From positions 73,828 through 137,827 of the forward strand of contig JBGUQI010000011.1 of NCBI GenBank assembly GCA_045130875.1: a DNA stretch of 64,000 nucleotides. Direction: 5' to 3'. The notes below the pieces were generated by a model, which worked only from the letters and a program-made list of their open reading frames with translations, did no database searches and was not told the DNA's origin. Every line of letters starts with the position of its first letter. Position 1 is the first letter of the stretch. The position numbers were made by a program, and so were the translations under genes. The stretch is from Bacilli bacterium. GTDB lineage: Bacteria; Bacillota_I; Bacilli_A; RFN20; CAG-826. Below are positions 55,648 through 63,319 of the stretch, one piece after another.

Positions 55648-57375
55648 ATGAGATTTTTAAATAATCATAAGATTGTTTATCACAACCAAATATCAAAGAT
55701 GGTTGATTTTGTTACACAAACTCAAATTTTAAACCGCGCAATGTGGAAGAACTTTATTGAAGTCTTTAAAGATAAAACTGATAATGAGGATTTGAGATGG
55801 AGGGGTGAATACTTTGGTAAGACCATGCGAGGCGCCTGTCTCCTCTACCAGTTCAATAGATCAAAAGAAATTTATGACATCTTAAAGGAAACAGTTATCG
55901 ATTTATTATCAACTCAAGATGAACTAGGAAGAATATCTACTTATAAAGTTGATAATGAGTTTAAATCTTGGGATATCTGGTGCCGTAAATATGTTTTAGT
56001 GGGGCTATTACATTTCTATGATGTTGAAGAGGATCCAATATTTAATAATCAAATATTATTGGCAGCGTGTAAGCACGTTGATTATCTAATAGATAAAATA
56101 GGTAATAAACCAGATCAAAAAAGAATAACTGACACCAGTGATTTCTGGTTAGGAGTTAATTCTTCATCAATCTTAGAGCCCGTCACTGTTTTGTATAAGA
56201 AAACCAATGACAAAAAGTATTTAGATTTTGCCACTTACATTGTTAATGAAGGCGGTATTAAAGATGGTAATCTCATTGAGATGGTTAAAAGCAGAAAATA
56301 TAAACCCAGTGAATACCCAGAACAAAAGGCTTATGAAACTATGTCCTTCTTTGAAGGAATATATGAATATAGCAAAATAATTCATGATAAAGATTTGTTA
56401 AATACCTCATTACTATTCTTTGAAGATGTCAATAAAAATGAAATATCTATCATCGGTAATGCCGGCACTAACGAAGAGTGCTTTTCTGATACGGTTATCA
56501 ACCAATTAACTAAACAGTCTAAATTCATGCAGGAAACCTGTGTGGTTGTAACCTGGATGAGAATATGCGCAAAGCTATTCTTAGATACTGGTGATATCAA
56601 ATACTATGAAAGATTCATAAAGGCAGGGCTTAATTGTTTCTATGGAAGTTTAAATTATCAAAATCAAAAGGGATATGAATACTACTTGAAAGTGGAGACT
56701 GAACCACTGCCATTTGATAGTTATTCTCCACTTCTATTTAATCGCCGCGGTCTTTCAACCGGAGGATTAAACTTCTTTAAAGATGGATCTTCTTATGGTT
56801 GTTGTGCTTGTATCGGTGCAGCAGGTGCGGGTTTGTTAGCGAACCTCTCTATCACAGAAGATGATAAATTCGTTTATATAAATGAATACTTCAATGGTCA
56901 GATGGTTTCTGAAACCACATCCATCACCATTAATGGTGATTATTTCAATACTGGAATAGTTAATTTAGATATTCAAACCAATAAGAGAATTAAGATTCGC
57001 ATTCCTGAGTGGTCCAAACGAACAATCATTAATGGAAAAGAAATCAATGAAACTGGATATCATCTTTTAGGAGACGAATCTTCTTTTGAAATCAAATTTG
57101 ATTTAGGCATTAAAGTCCACTATCTAGAAGATTGTGTCGCTCTAACTTATGGCGATATCACTTTGGGGTTTGATGATGAATCTAATCCAAATATTGATTT
57201 AGAGAGTGTAAGATTCTCTGAAATTAAAGATATGAAAGTCAGTAATAACAAAACGGGCGACTTTGTCACTCTAGAAGGCAGAATCAATGATAAGAAGATT
57301 ATCGTAAAAGATTATGCTTCACTAGGAAAACACTGGAACAATAATTCCGTGCTTACTGCTTGGTTTAAAAAATAA
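55648..57375 (+). CDS. GH127/GH146-like (DUF1680 superfamily) glycoside hydrolase, beta-L-arabinofuranosidase-like
   Basis: 575 aa, no signal peptide. N-terminal WRGEYFGKTMRGACLLY, then QETCVVVTWMR (Glu-x-Cys) and YGCCACIGAAG (Cys-Cys). These match the Glu/Cys3 Zn-and-nucleophile pattern known for HypBA1-type enzymes. The protein is shorter and the CC context differs from the usual CCPPN. Confidence 0.55.
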   Translation: MRFLNNHKIVYHNQISKMVDFVTQTQILNRAMWKNFIEVFKDKTDNEDLRWRGEYFGKTMRGACLLYQFNRSKEIYDILKETVIDLLSTQDELGRISTYKVDNEFKSWDIWCRKYVLVGLLHFYDVEEDPIFNNQILLAACKHVDYLIDKIGNKPDQKRITDTSDFWLGVNSSSILEPVTVLYKKTNDKKYLDFATYIVNEGGIKDGNLIEMVKSRKYKPSEYPEQKAYETMSFFEGIYEYSKIIHDKDLLNTSLLFFEDVNKNEISIIGNAGTNEECFSDTVINQLTKQSKFMQETCVVVTWMRICAKLFLDTGDIKYYERFIKAGLNCFYGSLNYQNQKGYEYYLKVETEPLPFDSYSPLLFNRRGLSTGGLNFFKDGSSYGCCACIGAAGAGLLANLSITEDDKFVYINEYFNGQMVSETTSITINGDYFNTGIVNLDIQTNKRIKIRIPEWSKRTIINGKEINETGYHLLGDESSFEIKFDLGIKVHYLEDCVALTYGDITLGFDDESNPNIDLESVRFSEIKDMKVSNNKTGDFVTLEGRINDKKIIVKDYASLGKHWNNNSVLTAWFKK

Positions 57376-57380
57376 GAAAA

Positions 57381-58331
57381 TTAGCCAATAAATCCGCAAA
57401 TTGCGGAGATAATATCCTCATCTTGCTCCGTTAAACGAGTAAGGGAGACATCTTTAAAGAAATTGATTCTATCCTCATCGGTACGAATCTTTTTCTTTTT
57501 TAATAATTCGTTATATTCATCAAATACCTCATTCATATAATTAACTGCATCTAAAGAGTAATTAGGGTTATGTTTCTTACCAGTTACTCTCAATGTTTTA
57601 ATACGAGGGTTATCAATTTGTTCTACTTCTTTTAGAGCAATATTATAGGGCACCATTTGGTCATCATCAGATTGGATAAAGAAGATATCATCTTTAGTGG
57701 TCTTAAGGTATTCAAGATTATTACTTATATAATAATCTGGCTCCATCTTCTTTTCATATTTAACAACGCCTTTATAAATAAATTTAGATTTCACAAAAAC
57801 ACTCATTAGAGACTCGATAGATAAGAATCCGGACATTATCACTGCTTTAGATATTTCGTTTCTTAAATTGATGATATTCAAAGCGGTATATCCCCCTAAT
57901 GAGTGGCCCACTAACACAATGGGTTTATCTAATTTTAGATAATCCAATAAATCATTAACATCTCTTGTGGGTTCATTTAAGGATCTCATATTCTTTCCTT
58001 TTGATTCCGCACAGCCCATATAATCCAAAGTTAAAACTTTGTATCCCGCTTTCGCTAAAAACTCAATTTCTTTTAAATAAGCTGTATGCCCTGGTCCTAA
58101 GCCATGTAAGAAAAGAACAATCTTATCTTTTCTATAGTTATCGTAATAATAGAAGAAATATTTAATTTCTATTCCTATGGAGTTGGTAAAAGAGTTAACT
58201 TCTTGTTTTAGGCCTTTAAAATCTGAATAGGAATAATAAGGAACTCCTACTTCTTTATCATAACGACAGACAAATTGTTTCTTATATAAATAAGATACGA
58301 TACTCATGGATATATTGTGGCACAACCACAT
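57381..58331 (-). CDS. Cytoplasmic alpha/beta-hydrolase (esterase/lipase-like)
   Basis: 316 aa with oxyanion region LFLHGLGPGH and nucleophile elbow VGHSLGG. No signal peptide. Confidence 0.7.
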   Translation of the reverse strand: MWLCHNISMSIVSYLYKKQFVCRYDKEVGVPYYSYSDFKGLKQEVNSFTNSIGIEIKYFFYYYDNYRKDKIVLFLHGLGPGHTAYLKEIEFLAKAGYKVLTLDYMGCAESKGKNMRSLNEPTRDVNDLLDYLKLDKPIVLVGHSLGGYTALNIINLRNEISKAVIMSGFLSIESLMSVFVKSKFIYKGVVKYEKKMEPDYYISNNLEYLKTTKDDIFFIQSDDDQMVPYNIALKEVEQIDNPRIKTLRVTGKKHNPNYSLDAVNYMNEVFDEYNELLKKKKIRTDEDRINFFKDVSLTRLTEQDEDIISAICGFIG

Positions 58332-58340
58332 CTAAAACAC

Positions 58341-58367
58341 AAAAAAAGACGACTTTTGAAGGTCGCC
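58341..58367 (-). terminator. Intrinsic terminator after the 885-aa surface protein gene
   Basis: Minus strand reads GGCGAC-CTTCAAAA-GTCGTC (one G-U) followed by TTTTTTTGTG. Confidence 0.55.
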
Positions 58368-58389
58368 TTTTTAAGCGTTTAATTAAATA

Positions 58390-61047
58390 TTAATTATGAC
58401 GTCTTTTCTTAATCACGAAAACAACCGCGAATGAAGAGAAGGAGATGATAACCGCTACTGCAATCCAAATCACCACATTGCTAACTTGAGCAACATTTGG
58501 AGTTAAGTTGGAGGAGAAACCACCTAATGTGGCATCGAATGTCTCGCCATTGGCAATAGCCCATGCACACATTCTATCCACCATATCGTCGAAGTCTTGT
58601 GAAGTTAAGAAGATTTGTTTTTGACTTTGTGTCAAAGCATTATATGCTTGCTTAGCTGGACCATAGTAATTCAAGCATGCACCGGTATCGGTGTTATCAC
58701 TTGTTGGAATAGCAGCCATCTTGAGAGAATTCACACAGAATTCATAAACTGCGGCATAGTCATCGAGGTATTGTTCATCAATAACTGTTCCTTCTGGAGA
58801 ATAGTCATCAACAACGTTGATAACCACCACTTTGTTTGCGCTATTACCAGAGGAGTCTGTCGCGGTAATGGTCATTGTGTGGGTACCCACTAAGAGATGA
58901 TGTAATTCATCCATTGTGCCATTTGAATAAACCACTTCATAAGTGAAGTCATAAGCATCTGTGATGTAATGAGAAACATCGAATTCAAAGAGAGCACCGG
59001 TAGGTAATGTAATGGAGCTATATGGAATATTGATAACTGGAGCATCATGGTCTTCCGCACCAACAGTGATTTGAACTGTCTTTGTGGTAGTGTTTCCATA
59101 ATAGTCTTTTGCAGTTAAGACAACATTGAAGGTACCTTGAGAGGTAACTTTGTTATTGGCATCAAATGTCATGCCATCCCAATCATATGTGATTGCCACA
59201 TTTCGATTATCTTGAGCATCAAAAGCAGTTGCTTTTAAGTCGATAAGGGAGCTTGCAGGAACAGTCATGCTGTTATATGGACAAGTGATGACTGGTCCAA
59301 CATTATCGTTAGCTTTTAAGTCTAAGGTAATGGAATCAATATATAAGCTATCAGAGGAGGTATTAGTTCTGAATAAGACTTGGAAGTAACCAAGGATTGT
59401 AGGATCATCAAGACCCGCAAAGTTGCTCCAACCATGAGCACCAGTAATTGTGTTGCTATTAACGCTTAATGTTCTCCAAGCATTTAATCCATCGACGAGG
59501 GAATAACCGCCGGCACCACCATTATTGATGAATGGCCATAAATCGAGATTTCTTGAAGAATAATCCGGGTTTTGCAATCTAAATTCAGGATAAGTGCCAC
59601 TAGCAGAAGCTTGAGCATAGATTCTAAAATCGATGCTATTAACTAAAGCTAGAGGAATTTCGCTAGCGGTGTAATCGATACTATATTTGTCGTTTGTGGT
59701 GCCAGTCATTCTTAAGATTGTGCCACTTCCACCAGTAGGAATAGAAGCATATGCTGCATCGTGTGGGAAGACATAGCTAGCACCATCTAATAATGTGAAT
59801 GAGAATTGATCGTTGTGAGTAAAATCATCAACGGAGTTTGTATTAATTGTCACACTATCGATATAAAGAACATCAGTTGCGGCAGGACATCTATAACGAA
59901 CATCGATTGTGCCTAAGATATTTGGGTTAGAAGAAGCGGCCCAATCATTCCACGCTGTATTATTAATGAAGTATTGAGAGCTGATGACTACGTCATACCA
60001 TTGATTAGCAACAGTCTTTAAAGAATAACCACCCGCACCAGCAAAGTCGCCAGTACCATTGAATGCCCAGGAACCTGATTTATTCTTTAATCTGATTTCT
60101 GGATATGTACCACTAACAGTCGCTTGAGCGTAAACTCTTAAAACGATTGAGGCCATTTCGGTAATCTTAAATTGACCAGGTTCGAAATTAAAACTAATAA
60201 CATCATCGTTGTGACCAACAATTTTAAGGACAGAACCAACATTACCAGTTGGAACACCTTGTGCAGCACACTTAGAAGATGCAATTAATGTGCCAGTAGC
60301 ACCATTAGATGCAGAGTATTCAAATTCACCATTATTAGTAAATTCATTAGGAATGATTTCGTCTTGGCTTTTGAAAGTCACGATTTTACCATTGTTTCCA
60401 ATACCATTAGCGGTAGCCATTCTGAATTTGTTATCTGTGATATTGCCTTTGGCAGTATAAGTACAAGAGTCAACTTTACTTGTTCCATTATATGGATAGA
60501 ATGTCTTGCCATTATATTGAACGGAGAATTCAACTTTTCCATAAGTACCAGTTAAATCGAATCTAATCGTAGCATCAATGTAATCATCAAAAATCTTTCC
60601 GTTTGGCATTAAACTTGTTAAGACTGTGCCATCTTCGGCTTTCATAACTAGATTAGAAATTTGAGGAGTTCTTCTAAACCTATTGGCGTTTCCGGGTTCT
60701 AAATTATCATCATTTAGATATAAATATCTAATTGTCGCAGATGCAGAGACATAGACGGCATAATCACCCACACCAATCCAATAGTTTGAATCTTCTCCAA
60801 CCCCGCTATTGCGGTAACGGAGTTGTAACTCTGATTTTGGCGATAAATCATTACCAAAATAGTAATCCACCGATCCATCAGAATTATAGGTATATACATC
60901 GCCATAATCCTCTAACCCTAGGTCGGCATTCTTATATACGACATAGTCGTCATCCGCTTTAACTTGTTGAATTTGTTTATTGCCTAGAGGTGCGGCCAAA
61001 GCGATGAGAAATCCCGCGGCAATAATACCTAATATTCCTTTTTTCAT
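58390..61047 (-). CDS. Tail-anchored surface protein: lectin-like N-domain, two CBM-like repeats, two Ig-like (HYR/DUF5011-type) repeats, conserved helical module, TM anchor
   Basis: 885 aa with a signal peptide. Duplicated ~170-aa units share VLKIVGHNDDVISFNF...IVLRVYAQATVSGTYPEIRLKN and ILRMTGTTNDKYSIDY...IDFRIYAQASASGTYPEFRLQN. Two ~90-aa units start DNVGPVITCPY and DHDAPVINIPY. The C-terminal module reads ACLNYYGPAKQAYNALTQSQKQIF...MCAWAIAN, then a TM helix plus KKRRHN. Confidence 0.6.
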   Translation of the reverse strand: MKKGILGIIAAGFLIALAAPLGNKQIQQVKADDDYVVYKNADLGLEDYGDVYTYNSDGSVDYYFGNDLSPKSELQLRYRNSGVGEDSNYWIGVGDYAVYVSASATIRYLYLNDDNLEPGNANRFRRTPQISNLVMKAEDGTVLTSLMPNGKIFDDYIDATIRFDLTGTYGKVEFSVQYNGKTFYPYNGTSKVDSCTYTAKGNITDNKFRMATANGIGNNGKIVTFKSQDEIIPNEFTNNGEFEYSASNGATGTLIASSKCAAQGVPTGNVGSVLKIVGHNDDVISFNFEPGQFKITEMASIVLRVYAQATVSGTYPEIRLKNKSGSWAFNGTGDFAGAGGYSLKTVANQWYDVVISSQYFINNTAWNDWAASSNPNILGTIDVRYRCPAATDVLYIDSVTINTNSVDDFTHNDQFSFTLLDGASYVFPHDAAYASIPTGGSGTILRMTGTTNDKYSIDYTASEIPLALVNSIDFRIYAQASASGTYPEFRLQNPDYSSRNLDLWPFINNGGAGGYSLVDGLNAWRTLSVNSNTITGAHGWSNFAGLDDPTILGYFQVLFRTNTSSDSLYIDSITLDLKANDNVGPVITCPYNSMTVPASSLIDLKATAFDAQDNRNVAITYDWDGMTFDANNKVTSQGTFNVVLTAKDYYGNTTTKTVQITVGAEDHDAPVINIPYSSITLPTGALFEFDVSHYITDAYDFTYEVVYSNGTMDELHHLLVGTHTMTITATDSSGNSANKVVVINVVDDYSPEGTVIDEQYLDDYAAVYEFCVNSLKMAAIPTSDNTDTGACLNYYGPAKQAYNALTQSQKQIFLTSQDFDDMVDRMCAWAIANGETFDATLGGFSSNLTPNVAQVSNVVIWIAVAVIISFSSFAVVFVIKKRRHN

Positions 61048-62222
61048 AAAGCAACGTCCTCCAAAAGAATATTTCTAATAGTATTTATTTCTGAAGATGT
61101 AACTCCAATATCTAAGCAGTATTTTTCTGCTCCTTGATAGTAATCGGAGTAACCTCCATAGCTATAAAAGTAATTGAGCAAAGCTTCGAAGCTTGCAGCC
61201 ATTGTGCTCACTGGTGTGGAATTACAAATACTAGTGAAGACATAAACAATGTAGTCTTGTTTAATTTGTTCCATATCAACACCACAAAGTAATTCGAGAA
61301 CAACCGCTAAAGTGCCAGTTCTATCTCTACCCACTGCACAGTGGAAGACGATAGGATAATTATTCATATTAGCAAATACTTTTAAGTTATCCCTCATCGC
61401 AGGTTGATAAGCTGTCGCATTAACACCATGGTCAGAATTGACATAATATGGCGAACCGGCATTACCGACACCATTGTTAACATAGTTAACACCTTCACCT
61501 AAAGGTGTGGTTGTGTAATTTGGTTCTCTTAAGTCTAAGTCGGTTTTAATGCCGTATCCGACCTTGGCTTGAGCTTTACCTTGTTCGGTAACCGGATCAA
61601 GATAAGCGGTTCTATAGACTAAACCTTGTTTGATTCTCTTAGCACCATCTGTGGTTTTCTTATTACCTAAGTCTCTCCCATTTTGGACACCATCAATAGA
61701 GATGAGTCTAAAGAAGTCGACGGTTTTAAAATCAAATCTTCTTGAGATGATGGTCTTATCACTATAGTAAGCATGGATTTGATAATAGTAATGTGAACCA
61801 GCGAATAAATCTTTCAAAGAAACGCTTTGCTCATCTCTAAAGATAGACGATGAATCTGTCATATTCTGGTTCAAAGATAGAACCACTAAATAATAAAGAG
61901 CGCCACTTTCACTGGTCCAAGTGATATCAACGGATTTGGGTGTAGTATTCTCTACTCCCTCAACACGATAATTCTCAGCATTTTTGTAATCTGAGAAATT
62001 ATCTTTTAATGACATCCATTCAGTGGGAAGTATTGATACTTCTTGACCGTTCTTTACTGATACATCAATAGTAGGGTTAGTATTAACTTGTTCGCCTCTA
62101 TTGTTATAAATGACGGTTTCATGAGCAAATGGATTGTCATTTTTGGCTTGTTTAGCACAGCCAACCAAAAAAGCGGGAACTATTCCCAATAACACAATAA
62201 ATTTGCTAAAACTAGCTTTCAT
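61044..62222 (-). CDS. Exported PTP-like (Cys-X5-Arg) phosphatase lipoprotein with Fn3-like N-terminal domain
   Basis: 392 aa with lipobox FLVG|CAK and P-loop HCAVGRDRTGT, plus NGRDLGN...GLVYRTAYLD. The stop overlaps the downstream ATG (ATGA), coupling it to 58390..61047. Paralog of 8910..9962. Confidence 0.7.
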   Translation of the reverse strand: MKASFSKFIVLLGIVPAFLVGCAKQAKNDNPFAHETVIYNNRGEQVNTNPTIDVSVKNGQEVSILPTEWMSLKDNFSDYKNAENYRVEGVENTTPKSVDITWTSESGALYYLVVLSLNQNMTDSSSIFRDEQSVSLKDLFAGSHYYYQIHAYYSDKTIISRRFDFKTVDFFRLISIDGVQNGRDLGNKKTTDGAKRIKQGLVYRTAYLDPVTEQGKAQAKVGYGIKTDLDLREPNYTTTPLGEGVNYVNNGVGNAGSPYYVNSDHGVNATAYQPAMRDNLKVFANMNNYPIVFHCAVGRDRTGTLAVVLELLCGVDMEQIKQDYIVYVFTSICNSTPVSTMAASFEALLNYFYSYGGYSDYYQGAEKYCLDIGVTSSEINTIRNILLEDVAL

Positions 62223-62355
62223 AAAAATTCCTTTCTGTAGATAAGGGATTAACTATAGTTTATTAAACTTATTAATTATTGTCTAATTAATTAAAGGCAT
62301 ATATCAAAAAAACAAAATTATAAGAAAAAATATTTAAAAAATGATTTTTGGACCT

Positions 62356-63261
62356 TTATTTTAAGATTTCTTCGGCTGGTTCAAACATTGTTGTTCCAAC
62401 TTGGGAGATATAAGCTTCAGAAAACAACATATACCAATTAGGTTTATTCACTTGATCATTATGAGAGTCAATCAATTTTCCTGATTGAGTTGTGGATACA
62501 TATAATCTAATTCTTATAGGATTAAGTTCTATGGTTATTCTAGAAAAAGTTAAATAATAACCAGTGTTGATTAACCCTGGAGCGCATATATCTATAAAGT
62601 TAGAGTAGACTGTGTCCGTATCTATAGATGCATATTGATATTTATTACCACTGATACGAATAAAACCATTACTTACAAAATAGTCTTCATTCAAATCATT
62701 TAAAGTGAATAAATCATCTTGATACTTCTTACCAACAACTTCATTTTTTAAGTCATTTGAGGTAATCACACTACCAAGTCTTTCTTCCTTAGAAGAACCA
62801 TTTAAAGAAAAATGATAATAGTTATTGTTTAAATTAATGAGCCCATCATTACACACCGATAGATAAGCATCGTTCTCTGGCATTGTATATTGGACATCTT
62901 CTAGATAATAATTTGTCTTATCTAAAACATAGTTCTTTTGATAATGGCGATAATAATCATAACTACCATCTTCATTGAAATAGCCCTTCACTATGGATGT
63001 GTAATTATCACCAAAATTATTAAAGGCATTATATAGTTGAGACAAGTCATTAGCATCCACACCATCAAGGCTATCAGGTTCCTCATCATAGACTGGTTCT
63101 GCATCTTCTGGTTCTTCTGATTCACTAATATCCGATGATGGATTGATATAATCCTCAGATGAAGATGATGACCCACTATTATTTGATTTATTTGAGCATG
63201 AGAAAAGAGGCATGCTTATCAATAGAGTCATCAATAAAAAACCTTTAATTTTCATACACAT
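62356..63261 (-). CDS. Lipoprotein with Ser-rich/acidic linker, unknown function
   Basis: About 300 aa with lipobox PLFS|CSN, then an SSSSSEDY...EEPEDAEP linker and a Tyr/Asn-rich globular part. The start may be ATG 63255 (MKIKGF). Confidence 0.55.
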   Translation of the reverse strand: MCMKIKGFLLMTLLISMPLFSCSNKSNNSGSSSSSEDYINPSSDISESEEPEDAEPVYDEEPDSLDGVDANDLSQLYNAFNNFGDNYTSIVKGYFNEDGSYDYYRHYQKNYVLDKTNYYLEDVQYTMPENDAYLSVCNDGLINLNNNYYHFSLNGSSKEERLGSVITSNDLKNEVVGKKYQDDLFTLNDLNEDYFVSNGFIRISGNKYQYASIDTDTVYSNFIDICAPGLINTGYYLTFSRITIELNPIRIRLYVSTTQSGKLIDSHNDQVNKPNWYMLFSEAYISQVGTTMFEPAEEILK

Positions 63262-63273
63262 ATTAGCTAATTA

Positions 63274-63300
63274 TTATAAAAAACCAGGCAAAAACCTGGT
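63274..63300 (-). terminator. Intrinsic terminator
   Basis: Minus strand reads ACCAGG-TTTTTG-CCTGGT followed by TTTTTTAT. Confidence 0.6.
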
Positions 63301-63319
63301 AATTTATGATTTTTTGATA

